Shown: positions 12,652 through 26,929, counted from the first letter of the stretch. The stretch: DNA of 64,000 nucleotides from Octopus bimaculoides (GCF_001194135.2 NC_068982.1:130508507-130572506), one strand, 5' to 3'. Notes: a model not told the origin generated them from the letters alone. A program made the numbers and translations.

Positions 12652-13430
12652 ATTACATACATATAAAACAGACTCTGGCTTATTTTTCTATACACTTGTT
12701 AACAACTCGTGTGTTACTGGAAGGAGCAAAAAACTATTATGGATTTACAAAATCCCTATGTTTTTTGCTATTTTTCACAGGAGTTTATAAGTGGGATTTA
12801 TAAGGCAAAAATATCACTACATTTAAATGAAAAATTGATATAACTCATTATCTGGATCTGGCAAGTCATTTTTTTTTATCACACTATAAGTATGTTAACC
12901 CCTACTTAACTATATATTTAGGGACGCCTGATTAGAAATTGTACAGGAAATAGAAGGTAGATATGGCACAGATACTATTTCATGTGGCCCCGATATAGTT
13001 ATCTTATTTAAGATAATAAAACAGAACTGCAGAAGTGTGAGTGTCAATAAAGCCCTTCATTTGATATATATTTGATCAGGTAATAAATATCACCACACTA
13101 AGGGTTTATCCTCATTTAAGATAAACTCTAACATAACCGTGTCACAGACTTCTCCCCTGACTCCAAACAACTCTCAACACCTCGCGTGCTTTAACTTCTG
13201 TATGTTTGTTCAAACTAGATTTGCTTTTTACTTGTACTGAGAACTTCGTAAAGCAACTCGCCCCACGTATGTGCTACTTGACATCTCAGATTGTTAATCT
13301 AATTTCTTTCGTGATATTTTACTGTCAGTCAAAGACCGAGAAATCTGGATATCTTTCATAAAAGGTATTTTCTCTCATATTTTCAAACTGATCAGTAAAT
13401 ATAGTAGACAGAAAACTGTGTGGAATTCTG

Positions 13431-13433
<3 letters not shown>

Positions 13434-13522
<89 letters not shown>

Positions 13523-13615
13523 ACACAAACACACACGTACACACACGCATGTATGTATGTATGTATGTATGTATGTATGTATGTATGTATGTATGTATGT
13601 ATGTGCGCGCGCGCG
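13434..13615. repeat. Compound microsatellite (CA)n-(TATG)n-(GC)n
   Basis: Direct reading. Confidence 0.95.
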
Positions 13616-13805
13616 CGTTTGTCCCCTCTCATTACTTGACAAGCGCTGTTGGTTTATGTCCTTGGAACTTAGCGGTTTGATAAAATACCCGATAGAGCAA
13701 GTTGCAGACTTAAAAAATAAGTACTGTGGTCGATTTATTTAACTAAATCTTTCAAGGTGGTGCTTAACTGCGCTTCAATGACTGAAACAAGTGAAAGAAT
13801 AGAAT
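13616..13805 (+). mobile_element. 3' half of SINE family B
   Basis: GTTTGTCCCC...CTTGACAAGCG...AACTTAGCGGTT...ATGACTGAAACAAGTGAAAGAAT, similar to the full copy at 56250. Confidence 0.8.
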
Positions 13806-14609
13806 AAAAAATATTCTACCTAATTTAAAGGGTTCATAGGAAACAAAAGATGCAAATATATGTAATGAGAATTTCTTACTTAGGCAGTAGAACACACGTT
13901 TGTAGGGAAGTTATCGTCAATGAAGTTGACCCAAGTGCATTTTATTGACCCGAAGTAAATCTCGGTAGGCTTTGAAATTAAAGAACAAGTGACAAACTGT
14001 GACAGTCCACCTGTGGACGTAACCCTCTTTATATTTGAAGGTTTTGAGTCGTAAAACTGTCTCGTTAACTCACTAACTTGGTGATGGTGACTACTCTGTT
14101 AGTCTTAACATTAATTTTTTCCCGGTGGAGTTGAGTGGAGCCACGTGAAATAAAGTGTCTTGTCCACGGATACAGCACAGAAAGCCCAGTTGTATAACCA
14201 CGAAGCTATGCGCTTTCTCGAGACTTGACCTGTCTAAATAAGACTACAAGGTATTCTGTCTGATGCACTAACAGTTTAGATTATCGACCATCCTATGACT
14301 ATGTGATACTGTATAAGTACACTAAAGCAGTCGTTTCTCTATATTTCCTGTGATGCTATTGAGAGTTACGTTTCAATATGATTTAAATTTACGGTTGCGC
14401 ATTCATTAAAGAAAGAGATAAGACAGAAAACAGAGAAAGGAAGAAGACTGCAGAAGAAGTCGGTATTTTGTGAAGAAGATAAGGAAATGAAAGCAACACA
14501 GATGCATGTTCAAATTTCTTACTAGATTAGACGAGAGGTGTATGATGACTGGGGTGAGATTGGTGTGGTTCAAGATATTTAGATTATGGCCTCTGAACCA
14601 CCACAACCG

Positions 14610-15100
14610 TCACTTGAAAGCGAGTAGCTATACTGAGAAACAGTATCTATACTGTTTATCGTCACTTAAACGTGGCTGTTCCATACGAACCGATGTTGCT
14701 AGTATTTTAACCCCCAGGAGGACGCCTGGTAATTCGATGCACAGTTACTGCTTTCTCAGTATAGTTACTACTTTCATCTCTTATAGAGGTTTTCAGACTA
14801 GCTAATTTTCTTGTTGCATGATCAGTGACTGTATGTCACTTGTTCTCTACATATTGCGAGCTGGAGTGGACTACTGCTATCTCTAGTGGACGAGCATATA
14901 CCACTGAGGATGACCACAAAGAGGTCAAAACCGTATGCGCTGTTGGTCCCGTGGCTGGAAAATGGTAGGGGTTCACTCCCCTGCTTGCAATATATATCGG
15001 GTGCAGATTGTATTGAATAACCTGCTGAAGGAGGCTTCCTCTTGAGATTAAAAATAGCAGTAACGTCGGTTCGTACGGAACAACCATATTTAAGTGGCTG
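14610..15100. mobile_element. Non-autonomous repeat with two interleaved inverted-repeat pairs (Penelope-like remnant inferred)
   Basis: IR-A is 14616-14645 / 14746-14775. IR-B is 14663-14724 / 15034-15096. A hammerhead-like motif lies at 14904-14948. The family assignment is inference. Confidence 0.5.
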
Positions 15101-15931
15101 TAATCATTACTTCTGAATATAATTACTGTTTTTATTTCTTATAAGGATTTTCTAACTAGAAAAGAAATGAAAAGGCATAAATTAGATTTCCATAACAAAA
15201 AAATATATATATATATATTCCACAAAAAAGATATGGAACGATTAAATTAGGTAGGGTTAGTTGATAGAGAGAGAGGGGGAGAGGGGGAGAGAGGAAGAGA
15301 GGGTGAGAGGTGAGAGAAAGAGAGGGAAAGATAACGAATGAAAGAAAGAAAATTTCTTAATGAGATTATATACAAAAGTAATTGATATTAAATAACAGAA
15401 AACGGAGTAAAGAAAACGCCACATCGAAGAACAGAGAAGGATAGCGAGAGAACAATTTCTCAGTTAAATAGTTCAATGATTAAAAGGAGAGAAAACAGTG
15501 GTGTGGGGGGGAAATGGATTGTTACAAGGGCATGAGATAGATTGAGAGATATAAAAATAGATAAGAGGAGATAGGACAAGAAAGGGAGTAGTGAATTGAA
15601 AGATACAGAGAAGGAGAGGGAAATAATGGTGTCATGCTAGTCATGTGTAGGTCAAATCTACGTAAGGGACGTCTACGTATCTCCTTCTGTTGCTATAGTT
15701 TTGTTTATCTGTTGTATATGGAAGGGGCGTGGTGTGCAAGATAAGAGTCAAAGTTCAGCCAAAGAATTCATTTGAGAGACCTCTTTTGAAATAAAGATAA
15801 CCACGCTATCATGAAAGACATCAACCACAAAAACATGTGTATAGAAAACAAAAATGAAATAAAATAAAGACTCGGAAATGTTGTGTGGCGTTAGTAAATT
15901 GAAATAAGGATAAATAAACAAGAAACAACCC

Positions 15932-15935
15932 ACAC

Positions 15936-16013
<78 letters not shown>
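15932..16013. repeat. (CA)n microsatellite
   Basis: Direct reading. Confidence 0.95.
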
Positions 16014-16015
<2 letters not shown>

Positions 16016-17452
16016 GTAGCTAAATGGATCTCCGTCAGTTTTGACGATGAATATTCAGTTGTTTAAACAACTGCTAATTGAATTACCAAGTGTTTTTGTG
16101 TGTGACTGAGTATTTCACACACACGTGTTCGCTTAACTAAATTCTCAGACAGAATTAACGCGATATCGTGTCAAGGCTGTACATTTGAATTACCGATGAA
16201 ATTCACCAGATGGCACTCCACACGGATACCGTCCAACCAAAGATCGGATAAAAGACACTAACCTATGTTATCGTGCAATGGAATCGAATCCAGGACCTCA
16301 TACTTTCGGACTGAACTTCTTAAGTATTTGGCCATGTTGCATTCAAGAGGTGTTCATGTATGCGCGCGCGCACGCACACACACACACACATACACACACT
16401 GACAACGACATAGTCAACGAGGAAGCATCTACGAGGTGGCTAGATTTGCTAGAAAAATTAACTAAATCACAATTCATACCAAGGACGTACATGATGACAG
16501 CATAGTCTTAGATACCCTATACCTGATAGAAATGATGCGATATGCCAAGGCATAAAGTATTTGGATTATAAGTCTGGGTGATCCTAAAATCAGCACGCAC
16601 ACATATACACAAATACATACGTATATAACACACACACATTTCTCCATATATACTTAGATACATACATATGCATGCCTGTATGTATGTATGTATGTATGTA
16701 TGTATGTATGTGTGCGTGTGTACACGCAAGCGCGCGCTACATAGCTTTTATGTTTGTAAGCGCACTTCTCAACGCATACAATACTATGCACTAGAATTCA
16801 GATAGAACTCAATATCTGGAAAATATTTAATAACACTATTCTGAAGCTTTAAATACTACACAAGCTAGTTGATTCTGGTAGAGAGGCACCTCTCTTAATA
16901 TGAATTTATCAGCGTAGTTTGATATTTTGTTGATATCCTGTCTGTATTACATACGGGGTGTCGATGTAGGGACTTCCAGTTTTTCGGGTGTTCACTTTTG
17001 TTTAATTTGATAGTTTTGATAGCTCTGGCGAGATTTTCAAAGTGAATATAAACCTCAATTTGAACCCGCTTCTGAATGTTTGAGAGAGTCAACATTCTCA
17101 TTGATCCGGTCACAGTATCAAAAAAATGCGATATTATTACTAATACCTTCACAACCCAATTTCGCGTTCATTATCATAACTGCGCACTTACCACAGTTCT
17201 GCAGCTCGTAGATGTGCTACTTTGATTTTCTCTACGTCGGGATTAAAGGGAACATCTTAATAGCAGTGATAGTTGTAGAAGTGCGATGGTGGTTCTCAAA
17301 ATAAATACTTGTTTGAAGATTTTAAGTACAATGACCGAAAATTTATTGCAGATCGTGCATAACTTAATTGATTTATTATGTTTGAAATCATCAAATTTTG
17401 ATATCAATTGTTGAAAAGTTGTGATAAAAGGTTTCTTCTGAATACATACATG

Positions 17453-17507
<55 letters not shown>

Positions 17508-17552
17508 ATATATATATATATATATATACCTGCATGTATATGCATTATTGGT

Positions 17553-17638
17553 ATTATTTACATTTGACGGATATTTGTCCTTATCTTGCTTATTGTTAAC
17601 ACAACGATGAGGACAAATATCCGTCAAATTTAAATAAT
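17553..17638. mobile_element. Inverted junction of a Penelope-like terminal repeat (29-bp hairpin arms)
   Basis: ATTATTTACATTTGACGGATATTTGTCCT (17553-17581) vs AGGACAAATATCCGTCAAATTTAAATAAT (17610-17638), 1 mismatch. The same sequence recurs at ~51915 and ~52400. Confidence 0.6.
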
Positions 17639-17687
17639 GTAAATAATGTACATAATTCTTCATCTCTTAAATATAGAACTGCACCAC

Positions 17688-17719
<32 letters not shown>

Positions 17720-17740
17720 NNNNNNNNNNNNNNNNNNNNN

Positions 17741-17784
<44 letters not shown>

Positions 17785-18079
17785 ATGTATGTGTGTGTCC
17801 GACGAACGGGAACGTGAAACTGAGTAGCAGTTTTTTTGTGATATTTTTGTGTTGTCTTTGCAGCTTTAATAATAATAAAGTATATAGCGATGAATTAGAT
17901 CCGGCACCAACCAGAGTCGATGTAAATTTTGAGAGATCATGGAAATTCCTCCCTATGATGCCCTGATAACAAAGTAAAGTAACGCTGCAAAAAAAAAATT
18001 CGAACTTCAGAATAATAACAATTCTCTGTATTATTGGTGTTCTTTTACGTGTACGAGCATTGGTCTTATATATATTCAC

Positions 18080-19770
18080 AATATTTCACATATTACTATA
18101 CTGACGTAAGGGATGTGAACGAAGTCGATTCGCGACATATAATCTCGGACATAACCTTTACTGCTTCAGACATCAAAGCGGCAATAAATGAGATCAAATT
18201 CTTCTTCTTCTGTAGGCCCTGATAGACTTCCCGCTAGTTTCCTGAAAGAATGTAGACACAAACTTGCAGTCCTTCTAATTAACGTCTAGAGAAATTTTTT
18301 TAGACTCAGGTTATATACCGAAACATCTCTTAATCCAGTCTGTTATCCCGGTTTTGAAACAGGGAAACAAACCCCTCGCAGTCAACTATCGCCCAATCTC
18401 ACTCACCTCCTATATCATTAAAGTGTTTGAAACGGTGGTGAGATCAAGGATAGCTTGCTTTCTGGAGATCCACAATCGCCTAAATTCAAACCAGTATGGC
18501 TTTCGTTGCGGCAGGGACTATCTAACACAGTTCTTACACCACATCGATGATATCCTTAAAGCCTTCGGAACTGGTTCGAACTCTGATGTATATCTTGACT
18601 TCAGTAAATCGTTCAACAGAGTCGACAATAATATCCTACTGTCAAAATTGTCAAAAGTTGAAATCCGTGGAAAACTACTACACTGGATTTTCCTGGAGAA
18701 CAGAACACATGTGATCGGTGGAATCCATTCAAGCCCTGCAAAAGTCACTTGTAGTGTCCCTTGAGGCACTGTCTAGCGCCCGCTTCTTTTGATAGTCTAT
18801 ATAAACGACCTTTTCAGCGTCATAAAACACAGCAAAATGAAAATATTCGCTGGTGACTCTAAGCTCCAGAAAATTATCAATGAAGAAGATCGAACTGAAT
18901 TCCAGTCTGATCTACATGCTGTGACTCAATGGGCAGACAAAAACGAAATGTATCTAAATGGGAGAAAACTTGAGCTGATGCATTTTGGAAGAAAAACTTT
19001 GCTAAAACAGCCATATGGCCACTCACAGTATCTAATAACATCAGAGACCTAGGAGTAGTTATTGACAACAATCTTAGCTGAAGTGCCCACATCAATAATA
19101 AGGTTGATATAGTTTGTTGGATGAGCTCCTGGATCCTAAGAACCTTCCAATCCAGAGAACAAGGTATCATCATTACTCTTTTCTCCTCCCTTATATGGCC
19201 TCACCTCGAATACTCTTCCCCGTATAGTCTCCCCATACAAAACAAAACATTTGGAAAATTGAATCACCCCAGAGGTCATTCACTAAAAGAATTAAGGTCA
19301 CGACTAATCTCGATTATTGAGACTGTCTTAGAGCATTGAAACTCTATTCTCCCCAGTGCTACCGTGAGCGATACATCATTTGCACGATGTGGAGAATATA
19401 CCACTAGCATTGCCCAAACGACCTCAACATTCGCTTCAAAATTAATCCAGGGCTAGGATCACAACACATGAATAAACTGCAACACAATTTTTTCCTCAAC
19501 AGGCCTTGCCCTATTTTACATTGTTCCGAAACAGATCAAAGAGGAAAACGATCCCATTACCTTTAAACGGAATCGTGATAAATTTCTTCAAGGAATACCA
19601 GATAAGCCACTTATACCTGGATACATCTCACTCAACAAGAATTCCCTACTCGAATGGACCACGATACCACAAAACTTGACTTAAAAAGGATTTAGCTAAT
19701 CCTATCAAGCAGTGCTATTAAGTTAGACATGGCCTAAACCAATCTTTGGTCGAAACATATCTAAGTTATG
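18080..19770 (+). pseudogene. 5'-truncated, frameshifted CR1-clade LINE ORF2 (reverse transcriptase) with 3' end
   Basis: Motifs GPDRLP, NYRPISLTS..IKVFE, QYGFR, YLDFSKSFNRVD, YINDL and IFAGDSK (FADD decayed to FAGD). Many stops and frameshifts. A short terminal hairpin ACCA-ATCTT-TGGT lies near 19738-19750. Confidence 0.9.
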
Positions 19771-20219
19771 CAAGGCATGTAAATTCATATAAATAAGATT
19801 TCTCGACTTATAAAAGAAGATACTCGATGCTTATCTATATGGTCACATAAATAACATTTCAAATAATGACTTTCATTACTTATAACCCTTTATATAAGAA
19901 TTGAAAAGAATTACTGAATCCTCGCTTCTCTGTATATATTATGTAATACCATTAAGGAAGTGTCTCGATAAGCATTTGTTGTTAAATAAGGAAAAAGATT
20001 CCCCACTGAAAACCGGATTCATTTACTCTTAACAGCTAAATAAGTGTTCATAAAACTGAAGCGGAAAGCACTTTTTAGCATTGGTTTTTCGAATTAATGA
20101 GTCAGTCTTCGAAAAAAGTTCTGGTCATAATATATTTCTATTTAAGTGACACTCAGCTTCCCTTGCTTAAGTCATCTTACCGTGCAAAACGATAATACAT
20201 CTACATACATATACACATA

Positions 20220-20261
<42 letters not shown>

Positions 20262-20369
20262 GAGATCACCATCTTTAAACTCATTCAAATACAATGGTAA
20301 AGGACTAAATAAATAAATTAATGGTGAATAGGAAGGGGGATGCCCCTTCTCTCTCTCCCTTTTCCTATG

Positions 20370-20396
20370 TGTCTGTCTACCTACCTACCTACCTAC

Positions 20397-20437
<41 letters not shown>

Positions 20438-20438
20438 A

Positions 20439-20471
<33 letters not shown>

Positions 20472-20488
20472 CCTGTCTCTCTGCCTGC

Positions 20489-20553
<65 letters not shown>

Positions 20554-20610
20554 AATCTATCTATCTATCTATCTATCTATCAGCCTATCTACCTGCCTAT
20601 ATTTCTATCT
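20370..20610. repeat. (CTAT)n/(CTAC)n tetranucleotide microsatellite
   Basis: Direct reading. Confidence 0.95.
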
Positions 20611-21315
20611 ATCCATCTCCATTTTCATGGAACCTCACACAAAAAACAAAAACAATGTTCACTTCTAAACAAAACCCCACAAAAAACATCTGTTTTATAT
20701 AAATGAATAAGCTGTTTGTACATTCACAAAATTTTATTTGACAAGTTCGAGAAAGGAACGAAGGCGCTAATAATAATGAAGAAATAAAAAGATTTTTTTT
20801 ACAAAATTCTGACGTTATTTTTTTTCTCAATATTCAATTTCTGTACATCCCACCTAACACNNNNNNNNNNNNNNNNNNNNNNNNNNNNNNNNNNNNNNNN
20901 NNNNNNNNNNNNNNNNNNNNNNNNNNNNNNNNNNNNNNNNNNNNNNNNNNNNNNNNNNNNNNNNNNNNNNNNNNNNNNNNNNNNNNNNNNNNNNNNNNNN
21001 NNNNNNNNNNNNNNNNNNNNNNNNNNNNNNNNNNNNNNNNNNNNNNNNNNNNNNNNNNNNNNNNNNNNNNNNNNNNNNNNNNNNNNNNNNNNNNNNNNNN
21101 NNNNNNNNNNNNNNNNNNNNNNNNNNNNNNNNNNNNNNNNNNNNNNNNNNNNNNNNNNNNNNNNNNNNNNNNNNNNNNNNNNNNNNNNNNNNNNNNNNNN
21201 NNNNNNNNNNNNNNNNNNNNNNNNNNNNNNNNNNNNNNNNNNNNNNNNNNNNNNNNNNNNNNNNNNNNNNNNNNNNNNNNNNNNNNNNNNNNNNNNNNNN
21301 NNNNNNNNNNNNNNN

Positions 21316-21353
<38 letters not shown>

Positions 21354-21545
21354 TTCCCCCACCATCGCTTGACAACCGATGTGGTGTGTTTACATCCCCG
21401 TAACTTAGTGGTTCGGCAAAGAGACCGATAGAATAAGTACTAGGCTTGCAAAGTATAAGTCCTGGGGTAGATTTGCTCGACTAAAGCCGGTACTCCAGCA
21501 TGGCCTCAGTCAGATGACTGAAACAAATAAAAGAAAAAAGAATAA
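21316..21545 (+). mobile_element. SINE-B, 3' half (5' half lost in the gap)
   Basis: (TG)n then GTTCCCCCACCATCGCTTGACAACCGATG...GACTGAAACAAATAAAAG, close to the copy at 56250. Confidence 0.9.
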
Positions 21546-21882
21546 AAAAAGAATGTATGTTTAAAACTCGCACGATATCTGAACAACCACTACATGGAAT
21601 TATGCAGCTTATATGTATGCTTAGATATATTCTTGTTTAAACACGCTAGTGCGAAATGCTACGGCATATATTTAGTTTTAAGTGTCATATTTGAACCAAA
21701 GATAGGACGATAAGGTTCAAAGTCTTGTTGACCTTGCAATTAAATATATGCATCACTGGCCTTAGTTCTTCTAGACCCAAAATCTCTAGAGTCAAGAGAT
21801 CTCGAGAATGTAGGCCAAACGTAAGTCTGAAAGTGTACAAATAGTACAAATAGCAAATCTAGCAAGCGTGGAGAGGGGGGAT

Positions 21883-21885
<3 letters not shown>

Positions 21886-21970
<85 letters not shown>

Positions 21971-21985
21971 AGAGAGAGAGAGAGG
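21886..21985. repeat. (GA)n microsatellite
   Basis: Direct reading. Confidence 0.95.
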
Positions 21986-22964
21986 GGAATAGCATTTAAA
22001 CGCTATCCGATTGAAATAAATCACCAAACTACAAGCAATGTGGGAAATTAGATATTTGTAAATGAACGAGTTAAGATGAACACAAAAAGCAACTCTCTAA
22101 TTAGATTTCTCCTCTATTTTCTTCCTCTTTCTCTTCTTTCTATATCTTTTCCTTCGTTCACTCCTTTTCTCTCCCTGACTTTTGCTTTCTTAGAAAAAGC
22201 ATTTTTACTTTGTTGTTGATAAAACTTCATTATATTTTATTACATATTAGTTTTACTAAGCTAAACATTATATAAACTTTTTTTTTCTTATCATAGATGT
22301 GCAATGGTAGTCTTCCGGGTCTAGTTGAATAAACTCTCTTGGAGTGTCTGTTTTCTTGCAGACGCAGATTGACACTTCGTTAATTTCCTTTTCAACGGCT
22401 TAAATTCTGTTGACAAAGCAAAATTATTCACCATCCATTTTATATCACGAAAATTCCAGTCCGGTCAATTTTGATGGAGAATTTATGCAATAAAGGAAGA
22501 GAGAAAAAAAACTGATATTCATAATAAGTTGGTTTTAAGTCGTTAAGAATAACATCAGATTTAGTTTAGTGTTGAAATGTTCTTGAATATAAAAAAAAAC
22601 AAAAAACAATACGATCGTACGAGCAAAGAAAAGGCAAAATTCTTGGGAATAAATCAAATTAAGCTTAGAATGACGTGTTTTCTCTTGAGTCAACAAGTTC
22701 AAACAAATAAGCGACTACATTGAATGAAATATTGAAGCGACTATATTGAATGAAACTACTTTACAAACCAGAATTAGCGGAATATCGGGATGATATTTAG
22801 AAGTTAGGGCAATACATCACCCCCATAATTGTCTGGTAGTCTAATAATCTATCAACTCGACAATCTACATATTATATTTGATGGGTTCTTTCCTAATACT
22901 TAAAATATATTTTACAATAGGAAGAGCTCGATAATACTCTGGCGTTATTATTGCAATATTGACG

Positions 22965-23365
22965 GCAAAGCGGCGAGCTAGAAGAATTGTTAGCATGCCA
23001 GACAAAATGCATAGCGGCATTTCGTCCATCATTACGTCCTGAGTTCAAATTCCACCAATGTCGAATTTGCCTTTCATCCTTTCGTGGTCGATGAAATAAG
23101 TGGCGGCAGTCAATCCCTTTTCCTTAAAACTGCTGGTAGGTGCCAAAATTTGACATCATTATTATATTTCAGGCAAGGCAGCGAACTGGCAGAATCGTTA
23201 GCACGCCAGACAAAATCCGTAGCGGCATTTCTTTCAAATTTTGCCAAGGTTGACTTCGCCTTTTATCCTATCAGGGTCGGTTAAATAAGTACCAGTTGAG
23301 CACTGGGGTAGATGCAATCGACTTGCTCCCTCCCACCCAAAATTTCAGGCTTTGTAGAAAGAATT
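22965..23365 (+). mobile_element. Two head-to-tail SINE-A copies
   Basis: Heads AAAGCGGCGAGCTAGAAGAAT (~22968) and AAGGCAGCGAACTGGCAGAATCG (~23175), each followed by the GCCTTT(C/T)ATCC core. Confidence 0.85.
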
Positions 23366-23793
23366 ATGTCTATCTCTCTAAATTGTTCAGATATCATACT
23401 ATCTTCTTTCAGATATCATATCTTTCCCATGGACAACTCCGTTACTCTAATGGAGAAGGGAAGGACCCATATTTATAAGAGAGTAAGACAATGCAGTTTA
23501 ACGTTCGTTCTTTTCTTAAGAGTATTAATATATCATTTAGGAATAAAGATTGCATAGAGAAAGTGTCACATTTTAGTTTTGAAGCCGATCTTTCTTTTGT
23601 CATTAGATATTTGCATGTTAGAGAAAGTACATGTTCTGGCAGCTTCTCTCGTTCTCCTATATATGTGTGAGTGTTAACCAACTATGATCCTCTCTCATCA
23701 CCATATTTTGTAAATGATTATTTTCTGTTCATCTGTCTCCATGTGCACGCGCGCGCACACACACATACACACACACACACACAAAACACACAC

Positions 23794-23838
<45 letters not shown>

Positions 23839-26800
23839 GCATACGCACATATTAGAGCTATATGTTTGTATGCGTAGCAATGAGTGTAGTCCAATTGTGG
23901 AAGCAAAGAAATCCTATATATGTTTAACTGTGAATGAATAACTTTTAAATTGTCGCTCATCAATAGAAAAATATTTATGATTTCATGTCATTTTTCCTCG
24001 TAGGAAATTATTTCTTACAAATTTCGACGGGTACACAAGTTTACCTCCCAAATTTGATGATCTTGGTGATATATTCAGTGGACTCTAAATCTTATTACTA
24101 AAGACCACGAAGTTGAGTCATTTACTTAGATAATGATAGATTTTGTATATCTATCACATTCAAAGAAACGTTAGAAAGCCAGTGACCCAATCAACTTTTA
24201 CCGTTCCGTTTGACACTGCGAATCAAGTGCAATTACGTGTTGCTGTTAACACCCAGAACTATTAATAGAATATATATTTTAAACTTGAAATGACAGGAGA
24301 CTTATACTTAATGATGGTGTCGCCATTTACGGTAGCAGCAGCCATACTTTTGAGATATTAATAACTTCATTTTAACACATTTAACGCAGTATCCTTCTTT
24401 GTAATATTCTAAACTGGTTTGAAAAGATATCACAAAATATAAGGAGGGTGATGAAAAAAAAAAATGAAAAACCAGCATAAGAAATGTGGATGATTTGAAA
24501 GCTATGAGATAGTTAGGTGAAAAATGTAAATGTTAATTTTGGGGGCTATAGAATAACGACATCAGTGCTTTTACTTATGTAAAAGATACGAGATATCTGA
24601 ATCTTGTGTGAGACAAGACAATTATGGAAAACGCGAGAACACAGATATATGATATGATTAAGGATTTGCTTTTGGCAAAGAGCAGTCAATTAAATCGACA
24701 TCAGTATTTGACTAGTATTACATTTTTATCGACTTCAGAGGGACGAAAGGCAAAGTCAAACTCAGCGTTAGACATAAAGACACAACGAGATGCATTTCGT
24801 TCTTAAAATGATGCATAAGACACGGAAGATATTAGAAAATGCTAAAGATGTGAAACACGAAGTTCTGATTTAGCTATTTTCTGACAAGGAAACAAGTGAT
24901 AAAATGTATCCAGTAACACACAAATACACACAAGTACACGCGCATACGCTCACTCATACACATTCACAGACACTCTCCTATTCCCAGATGCTATGTGTGC
25001 ATACATATATATGCATGCGTATACATATACATATGTGCATACGTAACTTATGAAGAAATGGTGGTTTAACTGTGAAACGGGCTTGAATGTTAGATTAATT
25101 AATCAATTAATTAACAAACCCTCCACCCCATTTCTAGCCTTTTCTTTCTTTTTCTTGCCTTTCTCTCTTTTTTCTAGCCTTCTCTCTCTTTTTTCTGGCC
25201 TTCTCTCTTTTTTTAGCTTCTCTCTCCCTCTCTCTTTCTAGCTTCTCCCTCTTCTTCTAGCCTTCTGACTCTTCTTCACGTCATTCTAACATCCTTCAAA
25301 TGTACACCATTACTTTTGTAACCATAGTAACAGTTATAGCGTGTCTGCTTTTGATGTTGATATTGATGTTGATAATGACACTGCTGACGACGACGATGAT
25401 GATGTTAATGGTGATTATGATGTTGATAACAACATCGACGCTAGCAAGCAACTTTCTGTTGATAAGAATAAAGATTAGCATCCTTAGCCCCTTGTTAAAC
25501 ATGTGCTGTCTGCGCCGTTTATCAAGCAACTGTTACTAACCAACCGTGGAGTCGAAGAAAAAAGAGTTTAGCTCCTAAAAAAAGATAAAGATAAATAAAA
25601 CAGCACCATATAACGACTACAATAATCAAATATCGTCTGCCTTCCACCCTTTCACTTCCACAAACACTTCACCACCACTACTATTACGACTGTCTCCCTC
25701 GCAAGAAAAAAAAAGTCGGAAAGTAAAAAGCAATGACTAGATTAGACTAATTAGCGGGAAAATGCTACTGGCTGACAACTGAAGGGCAAAGCCACGAACA
25801 GTACGGTATTTCTGAAATACAGTGGCAGAATTTTCTTGCGGCCAGACAGATAATGTCTGGGCGTGTGTGTGCGCGCACACACACACACACGCACTCACAT
25901 TCGTATGCACATGAATGTGCTGGCTCATTTTGCTCGGCAGCAGTTGTTGGTTGTTGCTGCTGCTGCTGCTGATTAAAAGTCTTAAAATAGTCGTAAAAAA
26001 AAAAAAGAAACGAAAACAGAAATAAGTACAGTGCATTTATCTGAGCGCAGTATCCAGATGGTATAAAAGTAAAGAAGTATTAAAGTACTAGCACCGGAAA
26101 GGTTCATTATGCATGATGCTAGAGACATTTCCCGACATTGCCACTATTCCTGTAACTCCCTGTATTGTTGATGACAGAACAGTATACCGATTGCTCAGGC
26201 ACAAATAGATATATCAGAAAGGACATCACTGGTATTAAGGTTTGTTGCCGGTCGTTGAAAACCGGAAGCTGCAATATCACGTAAGTGTGACAATCAGGAA
26301 TATGCCCGAAAATCACCGTTTAATTCTGACAAGGTATATTCTGTGACAGTGGGACCTTCATTTATGCAATCATGTCAGTGGTTTATTCTAATTCTGGTTC
26401 CATTCCAAATATCTATTAGCCATATTTAAATTTCGTAATCCGCATTACAACACGGGAGGGTATTCCACTAAAGTTACAGCAGTTTAGAAACTCTAACGGA
26501 TAATTATATAAATTATCAATGTTAATTCTATATAAATTATCTTTATCATCTCAGGAATCAATGATTTTCTAAGTGACTGGTTCTCCATCAACTATCATGT
26601 TACTTTCACTTACCACAGCAATTAACAACAACATTGGTACACGAAAGTATCAGTCAGGCTAAGAAATTTGTAGAATCCAATGGGTTACTAAAAGCTTGAT
26701 TTATTACTTCAAGTTTATTCGAGAGATATTTAACACTCCTTGAAAACCCAATCTTACGACTAAAAGAAATAACTCAACTTAGAATGAAGTCTACTTGTTC

Positions 26801-26929
26801 CCTTCTCCCACCAACATGGAGCGGAAAGTGACGCCAGTCACGGTTTTTCTCATCTTGTGGTTGCATAGTCAATTTCATTTCCGTCTCTCTCTCTCTTCCA
26901 AAATGACCGATGGGCCATAACAAAGATCA

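Noticed and set aside
16895-17152. ORF with RAIKTIKLNKS, resembling the LINE EN-RT linker
   Set aside because: A single weak motif with no supporting RT motifs.
26062-26286. TATAAAAG and a downstream GTAAGT donor as a promoter and first exon
   Set aside because: Both motifs are expected by chance at this AT content, no Inr sits at the right distance, and there are only short ORFs.
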